A stretch of 64,000 nt of DNA from Antedon mediterranea (taxonomy: Eukaryota > Animalia > Echinodermata), in NCBI RefSeq assembly GCF_964355755.1, contig NC_092673.1, positions 9,982,001 through 10,046,000 on the forward strand. The letters run 5' to 3'. Each line of letters opens with the position of its first letter. The first letter of the stretch is position 1. Position numbers and translations under genes: made by a program. The notes under the pieces are model-generated. The model searched no databases. It was not told the origin of the DNA and was given only the letters and a program-made list of their open reading frames with translations. Below are positions 47,105 through 57,968 of this stretch, in pieces.

Positions 47105-49930
47105 AGGTGTGACATTAAGGTTTGAGAAAACAGGAGGATCAGATGAACGAGTGATCAGCAAGTCTAATGTATGACCATGTCGGTGTGTAGGTGTAGACAC
47201 ATGCTGTTGAAGACTGCTTGCTACAAGTAGATTCCGAAAATGAATTGCATCTGCATCATTTGGCATATCCACATGGATGTTAAAGTCTCCAACGAATAGT
47301 ATGGGAGCCGGCTTCAATACATAGTGATCAACCAAAGTTGAGAATTCTTCAGTGAAAACATTTAGACTGCAACCCGTTGATTTGCTTTGAGGACGATATA
47401 CTGCTACGAGGAAAACTGAGGATGCATTGCTGACTATTTCCACATTTAGCAGTTCAAATGATTTTGGTAATAATCCCGTGTCATAACATTTAACCGCTAT
47501 GCTTTCCTTGTAAAGAAGTGCAACTCCACCACCTCTTTTAGTGTCATAACATTTAACCGCTATGCTTTCCTTGTAAAGAAGTGCAACTCCACCACCTCTT
47601 TTAGTGGTGGAGTTTAGATGGTATATCAGATCACTATGCAATCACATGTAATCTCCTTATCAAGAAGCCACCGGTAATCACTAAATCCATCGAAACTCGT
47701 CATTGGAATGCTATAAATTTTGAGACATTATGTAAAGATATCACACAGTCTGATCTCGGAACTTCGCTCTCAAATCTTGATTTATCAAGTAAAGTACGAC
47801 TATATGTCACCACTTTGAGTGAACTTCTTGACAAACACGCACCACCGAAAAAGAGAACAGTTAAGGTCCGACCAAACACTAGTTGGTATAACAGTGACAT
47901 CTATGCTGAGAAAAGAACAAAGCGTAAGCTTGAAAAGAAATGGAGAATCTCTCATCTGGAAATAGATCGTCAAGCTTACATTGCACAGAAGAGGAATGTA
48001 AATTCCATGGTAAGAAAGGCAAAGGCCAACTACTACATTGGCTTGTGTGAAGAACATGCAGCAGATCAGAAAGGACTTTTTAAAATTGTTAACCAACTCC
48101 TTCATCATCGCCAGGTATCACCTCTCCCAGATAGTCTTTCTGACTTAGATCTTGCGAACAGGTTCTGTCAGTTTTTCACAGACAAGATCAAGATCATCAG
48201 AGACGACTTCAAGATTGATGACATGTCATTTAATGAGCCTGTGACAGCAGTTCATCAGCATCTCACAACATTTACACCAGCATCTCAAGATGAGATCCGC
48301 AACATTCTGATGAAATCACCAACAAAATCATGCAGGTTAGATCCAGTTCCTACTTCTATACTGAAGAAGTGTATAGACGCAGTCGTTCCAATAATAACGG
48401 AAATCATTAACCATTCTCTTAATACCGGCATAGTGCCAGATGAACTGAAAATTGCTCACGTTCGTCCTTTAATAAAAAAGCAAAACTTGGATCATAACAC
48501 GCTGAAAAATTACCGCCCGGTGTCGAATCTTTCTTTTCTTGGAAAGACTCTGGAGCGTGTAGTGACATCACGCATTACTCCATATCTTCAAAAGCATAAT
48601 TTAAATGAGAATTACCAGTCGGCATATCGTGCATGTCATAGCACGGAGAGTTCCCTTTTAAAGGTACAGAATGATTTGTTACAAGGAATGAATGATGGGA
48701 AAATAACGCTATTGGTGTTGTTGGATTTGTCAGCAGCGTTTGATACAGTTGATCACCAAAGACTGATAACCCGTCTGAGAAATCGCATTGGCATAAATGG
48801 TGTTGCTCTTAACTGGTTCCAGTCATATCTTACAGGAAGGCGTCAGCTAGTCTGTATCAATGATGCATTCTCAGATGAAGCTTGCCTGGAATATGGTGTA
48901 CCACAGGGGTCAGTAATTGGGCCTGGCCAGTTTTCCATTTATACGCTTCCCCTTGGTGACATTATTCGCAAACACAGTCTACATTTCCATTTCTATGCAG
49001 ATGATACACAGATTTATGTGTCAGTAAATCCAGTGCAAAGGGATGTTGCTGCAGCAATCAGTAAGATGGAAGCCTGTATAGAAGATGTTCGCAATTGGAT
49101 GACAACAAATTACCTAAAGTTGAATGATGGAAAGACAGAGTTTATTATCGTCGGGTCTAAATGTAACATCTCCAAAATCAACATCACACATATCAGAATC
49201 GGAAACTCTAACATCGCTCCCTCATCGGTGGTCCGGAATCTGGGAATCATGCTGGATAGTAATCTCACTATGGAAGCACAAATAACAACTGTATCCAAAG
49301 CAGCATGCATATCGATTAGGAACCTTGGTCGTATTCGCGGTAATCTTAACAAGAAAACAGCTGAATTGATTGTACACTCATTTGTCACTTCTAAAATTGA
49401 CATTGGTAATGCCTTGTTGTTTGGCATACCAAAATCTCAAATACAACGTTTGCAGCGCTTGCAAAATATGGCAGCTAGAATTGTAACTTATACAAAATCA
49501 AACGCTCACATAACTCCTGTCCTGATGGATTTGCATTGGTTGCCTGTTCAACAACGTATTAAGTACAAACTTGCGTTGTTTGTATTCAAGATCCTAAATG
49601 ACAGTGCTCCTGCTTATTTATCTGACCTTGTGGATCGTTACGAATCATCCCGCAGAGGCCTACGATCATTGTCACAAAACCTTCTTCAAGAGCGTAGAGC
49701 GAAAAATCAGTGGGGTCAGAGATCTTTTTACGTTGCGGCCGCAAGTGTATGGAACAGCTTACCAGCAACAGTTAAATGCTCAACTAGTCTAAACAGTTTC
49801 AAGACCAACCTAAAGACGTCGCTATTCGCTGATGTTCTCGCACGTTGTTAATGCACAAAGCACCATGAGCGCCACATGGGTGGAGGATACCGGCGCTATA
49901 TAAGTTTTCATTTATTATTTATTATTTATT
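47105..49930 (+). mobile_element. L2 LINE with an inverted 5' segment
   Basis: TSD AATTA; 47105 to about 47608 encodes endonuclease on minus, the rest on plus; (TTAT)n tail. Confidence 0.9.
47614..49851 (+). CDS. L2 ORF2 (end of endonuclease + RT), open but 5'-truncated
   Basis: In frame from LDGISDHY; NYRPVSNL, HSTE, LDLSAAFDTVDH, GVPQGS, YADD, LHWLP. Confidence 0.9.
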   Translation, partial: LDGISDHYAITCNLLIKKPPVITKSIETRHWNAINFETLCKDITQSDLGTSLSNLDLSSKVRLYVTTLSELLDKHAPPKKRTVKVRPNTSWYNSDIYAEKRTKRKLEKKWRISHLEIDRQAYIAQKRNVNSMVRKAKANYYIGLCEEHAADQKGLFKIVNQLLHHRQVSPLPDSLSDLDLANRFCQFFTDKIKIIRDDFKIDDMSFNEPVTAVHQHLTTFTPASQDEIRNILMKSPTKSCRLDPVPTSILKKCIDAVVPIITEIINHSLNTGIVPDELKIAHVRPLIKKQNLDHNTLKNYRPVSNLSFLGKTLERVVTSRITPYLQKHNLNENYQSAYRACHSTESSLLKVQNDLLQGMNDGKITLLVLLDLSAAFDTVDHQRLITRLRNRIGINGVALNWFQSYLTGRRQLVCINDAFSDEACLEYGVPQGSVIGPGQFSIYTLPLGDIIRKHSLHFHFYADDTQIYVSVNPVQRDVAAAISKMEACIEDVRNWMTTNYLKLNDGKTEFIIVGSKCNISKINITHIRIGNSNIAPSSVVRNLGIMLDSNLTMEAQITTVSKAACISIRNLGRIRGNLNKKTAELIVHSFVTSKIDIGNALLFGIPKSQIQRLQRLQNMAARIVTYTKSNAHITPVLMDLHWLPVQQRIKYKLALFVFKILNDSAPAYLSDLVDRYESSRRGLRSLSQNLLQERRAKNQWGQRSFYVAAASVWNSLPATVKCSTSLNSFKTNLKTSLFADVLARC

Positions 49931-52900
49931 AATTACGGGACCCGCTATTTATTGCAATTTTTTAACATGTTGACGGTTTTAAAATGAAACGCGAAGGTAG
50001 CAATTCCGAAAGGAAATTATCTCAGCAACAACGTATTAGCGTGTAGAAGAAATTTGAATACGTGAAATATTGATGCGCTCTCTTTTAAATGTAATGAATT
50101 ATGACGCAAAAGATGAAAATACGACCTTTTTTATTTAACTGGCCATATGATGACGTCACAACATCCGATTGGCAACATTTTTACATAATTTTGTATCTAC
50201 AATCCAATAGCTTCCAGAAAAAGTTTTAATCGTGATTATCACATTTTTTTCTTACGAGCTATAACAGATTAAAATTTACTGTAAAGATGAAATTATTGCC
50301 ACACGTCATTTAAATTTTTAGGCATGATGACGTCAAAAAAATTAAAATATTTTTAACTCATGCGAAAGACACTTGATTGACCTAGACAATATCAAAATCG
50401 GGGTTAAAATGGAAAACGGATAAGTGGAGATGCGCTCTATTCAATGTGATGAGCTATGACGAAAGATACAAAAATCCTAAATTTTATGTTTGCGTGGCCA
50501 TACGATGACGTCACAATGTCCGGTTAGCCATATTAATACCTGATCCGATATCTAAAACTCATCTACTTCCAGAATATGTCATCCACAAAAATTTGACCGT
50601 CTAGTTTAGAAATTACGACTGTTTAAAAAAAGGCATATTTTAAACGAATTTTTTAACCTTTTCATAAAAAACGCGCGCAAATTGTCCAATTGGACGTGCT
50701 CGTATGACGTATCTTTAAGTCGAAATTGTTTAAAATTTGGTAAAATTACTAGAAAAAGCTGGAAAAACATAAATCACGCGAAAAAATACGTTTTCAATGC
50801 TACGTGCGCACCGCACACGTAAAAATGTGCGCACGCGTGGGAATTTTTTACATGCTTAAAACGACATGAAACGCGTAGAAAATTGATTAGAAATTAATTT
50901 TGCGCATTTTGAAATTTTGTGTAAAACACGTAATTTTTTTTCAACAGACAGTTAGCGCATGATATAAATTAAACTTTTGCAAAGTTTCACTTTAAAATGT
51001 TATTTGGTTTTCGACATATGTTAAATACGAGAAAATCGTTAAATCGCGCGTACGTCGCGTTGCGCAATTGTAAACATCATGAAAAGCTTCGCTTGACGAC
51101 GTTACGTGAATGTCAAAATGTTAACATAGTTAACAAAATGTTATGTTTGCAAGTTTTAGAGAAAAGCGTTACACAAAAATCATACAGAAAGAAAGAAGAT
51201 GACAAAAAAGATGATGATGATTTCGTACAATCACAAGAGGTTATCCTGCAACTTCGTTGCGGATAACCAATAAGAATAAACGGGGGCTCTCGTAATGTCA
51301 CCTATTCTACACTGTAAGTAACATGTATACAGATTATACCGTTTGCACTGTATATACTATATGACACAAAATTGACAGAATTCAGCACAAACAACACATC
51401 ATATTCTTCAGTTCAGGTCATAATGACATAATCTTTTTCGGTGTGCAATATTCCAACGTATGACGTGCACGTGGCGTTTGTCGTGCGGATAACTAACTCG
51501 TCAAAGTGACGAGTTTCATGTCTAGTTATTTATTTCTCTCTGTACAGATTTTGTGTAACAAATATCTCAAAAAGTTTAATGTTAATGATTACCAAAATTT
51601 TACAATGTCTTTCAAATACTGTAACTTAGTCCTAATAAGCTTTTCAGCGTGATCACTCATCCATGACGTCGCGTATACGCCATTTTGTGAAATCACATTG
51701 TCAATCATATCTCCATAATTCATTATCACATATTAATGAAATTCACTACACGTAAACTTCAGGTCAAAGGTAAAAGTATTAGCAAATAAAAAATTGCGTG
51801 TTTCAAGGTCATGCGCGTGAAATCGCGCATTAAAATTTTAAAAAGCTCAAATTTAAGTTTTGATCAATTTAGAGCATGAAATAGGCCATTTGCGTGTTTC
51901 AAAAAATTACTGCGCAAAAACACATTTTTGCGCACGCGATTTTTAAAAAGGGTAAAAAATAAAATTTGATGTATACATCATATTCTACTCACAATCCTTA
52001 GTACATTCTCCGACTTTGAGTCTATTCCGACTTAAAATAACGCTATACGAGCACGTTAAAAATGACAAAATGCGCACATTAATTGTACAAAAGTGCTAAA
52101 AATGGTAAAAAATAAGGCCTTTTTAAAATGAACATAACTCTTCAGAATGGCAGGTGACCCCCAATTTTTTTAACTTATTATGGAAGCCAATAAGTTGTAG
52201 ATATAAATATATATACATATTAGACGTACAAAATGGTATGACGTCATGAAATGGCCACTTGAATTTAAAAATTAGTAATTTTTATCTTTTTGTGTGGGTT
52301 ATCACAATCAATAGAGCGCATCTCCGTTATTTGAGCCCGATTTTTGCAGATATTTTAGTATGTGCTTGCTCAATTAATTATCTTTCTCGTGAGTTGTCAA
52401 CATTTTTATTGTGATGACGTCATCACGCGTAAAAACTTGAATAACCTAGGTCGTGTAATTTCAGCTACACCATACATTTGAATATCTTATAGCTCCTCAG
52501 AATTAAAGGTGACCTTGAAGATTATAATTTATTATGAAAGCTGATGAAATGTAGATATGAATTCATATCAAAATTAAGCCTATCGGATGTTGTGATGTTA
52601 TCATATGGCCAGTTGAAGTTAAAAAGTAGTTTTTAAATTTCTTTAGTCGAAGTTATACAAATTTCAAAGAGCGCGCATTGCGCTTCTACGTGTCAAATTC
52701 TCTTCCAATCCTTATATTTATTTGCTCAATTCATTATCTTTCGAAATTGTCATCTTCGAGTTTATTTTGATAATTCCATCATACCAAAAAATTTGAACTT
52801 GATGTGTGTCCCATAATTTCACCTATGCTACACTGTATATAGATATACAGTATATACTGTACATTGTATATGGCATATAATAGGCATAACTCAGCCCTAT

Positions 52901-53037
52901 AAGCGTATAATAGGATGGCATACATCAACATTTTCCTATCGTATGTTAACGTACGTACATGTTTAAAAAAAATTAATTTCATTAAAATGATAAAAATGAT
53001 CACCTATAATTCGTCAAAGTGACGAATTAAATTCTAG

Positions 53038-53615
53038 TGATTCTTTACTTTCGTCATCTCCGCGGAAAGGCAGATTTTGCTTTGCCAGAAAAAAAACAAT
53101 ATCTAGCAATCTAGTGAGAATTGCACGGTTTTGCTCAATTTCCTTTTGTTTCCGCAACTTTGCTTGTTCATCTAGTTGTTCAGAAATGTTTCCTTTGGCT
53201 ACAAATATCTTCCAAACAATGGCAGCTGCAAGATGAGGCTTTGAGTGTTCGTGCTTTGCAATTTTTTCTAATGCCTTCTTCCAGTTGGACACACCATGGA
53301 GCTATAACATTTTATAGCTCCATGGATACACCATCTGTTGTCCAATTATCTGCGCACTACTCAATTTGGTTCCTCCAAACACAGAACATGCAAAACAAAA
53401 CATAGCATCCTTTGCTGGAGAGTATTCTAGCCAATCTCTGGTGACCTTTCCTGATGGTAGTTGACGCGTGTACCATGGAAGGAACGCGTTTATGTTGTTT
53501 TTTCGTTCGATAAGTAGGAAGCTTATATTGACACATTTGCAGCTTTGATGTTTCTGTTTCAAACCCTAAATTGGTCCAAAGTGCAGGATCATTTAAGGTT
53601 GAATTTCGGTCCAAT
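53038..53615 (-). pseudogene. hAT transposase, middle piece (TTF zinc finger + DUF4371 start)
   Basis: DPALW; RDWLEYSPAKDAMFCFACSVF; NWKKA..HEHS..H; FLAKQNLPFRGDDES. Confidence 0.85.
53295..53324. mobile_element. 30-bp palindromic P-type remnant or footprint in the hAT ORF
   Basis: CATGGAGCTATAA..TTATAGCTCCATG; 7-bp flanks GACACAC / GATACAC; removal restores TDGVSNWKK. Confidence 0.7.
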
Positions 53616-54749
53616 AGAGAGAAATGGCGAACCGACGTCTAAAATCCGAGTGGGTATAAAATCATAACAAACCGTGGCGACACATTTCCTATGTTTATAC
53701 ACGTGAATCATGGCGTTGTCTAACCAATGTTGTTGCTGTAACGCTCATAATTCTTATTGTATTTGTGTATATTACACAATAAAACAATGAAATATGTATA
53801 AAAGTCATCCATCATTCACAATCATGTTCCTAAAAATATCTCATATCTGTAGGTCTACATTAGACTAGGCCTATAGTATTATAGTAGAATGGTGTTATCA
53901 AGTATTCATTACTGGCGGTAGCCCCCCCCCCCCCCCCCTGCAGGAAGCATCACTAGCCACATAACAAAATGGCAGTTGTCAAGCTGAAACTAATGCTAGG
54001 CCTACATCTAGTACAGATGCTCTATTTAGTCTTACTACCTAGCAGCACCCTAGCTAAAGTAGTAGTAGTGAGTACAGTATGTAATAACGAATTTCCAATA
54101 CTAGATGGTACGCTCGCTTCGCTTGCGTACCATCTAAGTCGTGGCCACAGATGGTTCTCGAATACATAATAATTTCAGCGTTAAAAAACTGGCGAGTTCA
54201 AATGTACGTACAATAATACATGTCGTTTACAGGAACGAATAAATAGACACTGATTTATGTACCCAACTAAAATTAGCACCCTGAGAATTACTTTCAGAAA
54301 GAGAAACTTGTCACAAAATGAGACCAATTGTTTAAGTCAAATTTAAACAAACTTAATTTGTGTTTTGTATGTAACATTAGGGGTGAGGGATGGGGAAGAG
54401 GATGGGTGCAAAGAGGAACAATTTTTAAATATATTAAATATATTCTTTATCCATTTAGTAACGAAATATTAATTGTTTTCATGTTTTACAAATAATATAT
54501 CACTAAACACAGTAAAACATTGCTATGTAATACTTTGTTGAAACTATCACCGTCCTAGTCGATTGAAATAGTACAGTACATGTAACGATACATCACTACG
54601 ACGTGTATGTTTATACTGTATAATGTAAAACAATTTGTGAAAACCACCTCTATTCGGGGAAAATCATAAAATCGATTTAAAATCGAATAAAAATTAAATT
54701 ATCTAACTCAACTTTATTAGTAGGCGTAATGGTTTTCAATTGTTTCTTA

Positions 54750-55488
54750 GGTCGTGTTTATACAACACCCTAAATTTGAACACGGCTTTAATTTTTAGCG
54801 TGTTGTTCGGACCGAGGTCAACCCACCTTAACGTTTGCTGTTATACTAGAAATCACGATACCGTGTTGTACCGGAAGTTTCATCAACACGCAGTGCATGC
54901 TAGGATAAAAGGTCAAATCGTTGATCGCTTGAATTGAATTGTTGGCTGGGTTGTCAACAAATCATCGTCGCCTCCTCGCTGTATTCGTTCACGTTTGCAT
55001 TGTTGTTTATTTTGTTCTCGGTTCATTTAAATTAATAAAAGTTATTTTAAGGGTTTGTTTCATTGTTTCATCTATACACTATGGAAGAAGATGCCATTTT
55101 TGCGATGTTATTTTTTATTCTGTTTGGAGTGGGAAACGATAGTCTATAGAGGCCTCCTACCACTACGAGTTGGCCCTACCAGGCTAGGCGTAAGACGTGG
55201 TAGGAGGATGATTGCTGGCAGCGAAGCAGCAATAAATGGGCCCAATCTTGTTAGACGTCGCATGACATGATTGATATTACGACCTGTTTTAACGAGAGGT
55301 CAAAATATACCCTGAGGACACTTCCAACACGGTAACGGCGACCGGGAATCCACCAAATTTTAGGATTCAGCCAAGTAGCCTTTTTTGCAATTAAAATCTC
55401 ATTACACGGAATCTCTTTGTTGTTATACAACACACTTCTCGTAGGCGTGTAGAATATGCGTGTAATAGCGTGTTGTATAAACGCGCCC
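54750..55488. mobile_element. PIF/Harbinger-like MITE
   Basis: TIR GG(T/G)CG(T/C)GTTTATACAACAC (17/19 match); TSD TTA. Confidence 0.78.
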
Positions 55489-55716
55489 TTAGAGCCAATT
55501 CATACTTAAGTTGGTTACCCTACCCACCAAAGTTGTTCTGCGTTTAGGGGATGTGATGCACCGTAGGCCTATCCTCTACTGGCTTTACAACGCTACTCAT
55601 GCCAGTGAGGGAAGGGTGATGATGTGGGTGGTTTAAATGCAATAATAAAGATTTGTACATACGGCGACTGAAAACGCTAGCTCATTATCCGTTAAAAAAA
55701 AATTATATCCAACCTC

Positions 55717-56792
55717 TGCAGCACAGATTGAAAAAAAAATGGATCGAATTTCTGTTATGAGTATACAGTACTTGCCTTTACAACGCCTGAGGGAATAGAC
55801 ACTTGTGGAACAGAGATTGGAATGTTCCATTCATCGCAAATCAATACATTTGTATAAACGTATATTAAATCTATCAAAATAGTATTTTTTAAAGAAAAGC
55901 GGCCTGTCTTCAACATTATGATGCTGTACTCGAGCTGTTCAACCGGTTTTCAGCCATTAAAAACAATTATTGTAGGAGGAGATAGGAAAATGCGAAGCAT
56001 CCTCGTATTATTGTCTGTGGGTATTTTTCAATACGGACATCCATTAGACAGTGTATACCACGATCGAAAAACACCCCTATTTGGGGCAAATCGTTGAACC
56101 TAAATTCGTTTTAATTGTCAATAACTAATTATCTAACTCAATTTAATTAGTAAACAGGGTTACATCAGGTGGTTAAAATCAGTACCGAGATTCTAACCAA
56201 CTTTATATACCATCGAGTAAACATTCTAGAAAAAACGCGCGATTTACCGAATTTTGCAGTACAGATTGGAAAAAAAATGGATCGAATTTCTGTTATGAGT
56301 ATACATTACTTGCCTTTACGACGCCTGAGGGAATAGACACTTGTGGAACAGAGATTGGAATGTTCCATTCATCGCAAATCAATACATTTATATAAACGTA
56401 TATTAAATCTATCAAAATAGTATTTTTTAAAGAAAATCGGCCTGTCTTCAACATTATGATGCTGTACTCGAGCTGTTCAACCGGTTTTCAGCCATTAAAA
56501 ACAATTATCGTAGGAGGAGATAGGAAAATGAGAAGCATCCTCGTATTATTGTCTTCGGGTATTTTTCAAGACGGACATCCATTAGACAGTGTATACCACG
56601 ATCGAAAAACACCCCTATTTGGGGCAAATCGTTGAACCTAAATTCGTTTTAATCGTCAATAACTAATTATCTAACTCAATTTAATTAGTAAACAGGGTTA
56701 CATCAGGTGGTTAAAATCAGTACCAAGATTCTAACCAACTTTATATACCATCGAGTAAACATTCTAGAAATAACGCGCGATTTACCGATTTT
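55717..56792. repeat. 538-bp tandem duplication within the Helitron
   Basis: GGATCGAATTTCTG at 55741 and 56279; units highly similar. Confidence 0.92.
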
Positions 56793-57968
56793 TGCCCTTA
56801 CGTAAATTTATATATAGATTATTATTATTATAATAACCGATAATCCGTGCTAGGCTCGAGGTACTATACAGCATACAGGCCAACTATCTAGGGCCTAGAG
56901 CTGGGTACAGTATACAGGGTATAACAAAAACGCGTCTTAATTCAATCCAAATTAAAATAAAATATGTTAAGATTTGCCCATATAACATTAAAATTGTTAA
57001 ACGTTCTTTTCTACCTTCCTTTTTAACTCAACCCATCGGAATTTCCCATACAAAAACATGTGGCGAAATAGTTTGTTTACAATCTATACCCACTCGGTGA
57101 AATTTGAGTGACGTCATCGCGGTTCGCCATTTCTCTCTATTAATTGAACTTTGTACACTTTCCTCTACTGGTACATCAGGCTGTCAAGACTGGGATTCAG
57201 CTAGCTCAGACATATCAATAGACATGTCTTCAGTTTCAATTGTGTCAGATTCAGAAGATGATGAAAGCTGCATGCTTTCTTGTGTACTCTGCAACATAAA
57301 ACACAAACTGATAACAAGAAAGGGGTGTCTTTTCAATAATTATGTTAAATATTATGATAAACTTAAACTTGGTTATCTTTATTGTACGAATTTAAAAGCA
57401 AATAAATATCAACTGAACAAGCACTAAATGTTATTAGTATAACAAAAACTACGCTAATAACAGTAATATTTGGCCGCAAAACCAGTTGGTTAATTTTGGT
57501 TTACCTTCTGTAGCTCTATCTACTGTTGTAATGACAGCGGTTTCTTCAAATTCGACTCCTGGAAGTATTGATGGCTCGGCCGGTTGGCGGGGGTTTGCGG
57601 GCGAAGCATTCGCACTTGCTGCCGATGGCGTAGTTGAGGCTGAACTTTTTGGGCGATTTCTAGCTGCTAATTCGAACGGCGATTTAGGTGCATTTGCTAC
57701 CTTATATTCGATATTATAAAGAGTTTTTTAACACAATTTATGATTTCAACATTAGATTTTTATCTCAATTTCAATTCTTCCCGGTCAAAGTAATTTCCGG
57801 GTTTAAGATAAGTTCACCTTGCAACAACCTGGTTTCAAATATTTTCTCTCTTTTCTACACAAGGGAGCAGTTAAAATAATAGATTTGACCCTAAAGGTGA
57901 CTGGAAACAGGCACTTTCCATCAATCAATACAGTGTCCCTTTGGAAGACGAAAAAAAAATCAGTTATA

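Larger units (their letters stand above)
46872..51270 (-). mobile_element. Helentron-like family A copy, nested in opposite orientation
   Basis: Same termini on the minus strand; empty site CATGTTAAAAA|TAAGAATAAACGGG matches the uninterrupted copy near 61935-61960. Confidence 0.85.
45545..51525 (+). mobile_element. Helentron-like family A copy (own sequence 45545-46871 plus 51271-51525)
   Basis: 5' TTAGTTATCCGC..GCGGATAACT; 3' GCGGATAACT + AACTCGTCAAAGTGACGAGTT + CTAG. Confidence 0.85.
45478..53037 (+). mobile_element. Helentron/Helitron2-like non-autonomous element, family B (own sequence 45478-45544 plus 51526-53037)
   Basis: 5' TTAGGTGATCATTT..AAATGATCACCTA hairpin; 3' AAATGATCACCTA + hairpin AATTCGTCAAAGTGACGAATT + CTAG; A|T target with no TSD; removal rejoins hAT ESL|NRGNF. 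Confidence 0.85.
54101..56818 (-). mobile_element. Canonical non-autonomous Helitron
   Basis: Minus strand A|TCTATATATAAA.. through hairpin TAGATGGTACGC..GCGTACCATCTA to CTAG|T. Confidence 0.82.
53616..57138. mobile_element. Non-autonomous TIR element with AT TSD (ISL2EU/Harbinger-like)
   Basis: TIRs AGAGAGAAATGGCGAACCG / CGGTTCGCCATTTCTCTCT with AT on both sides; superfamily uncertain. Confidence 0.65.
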
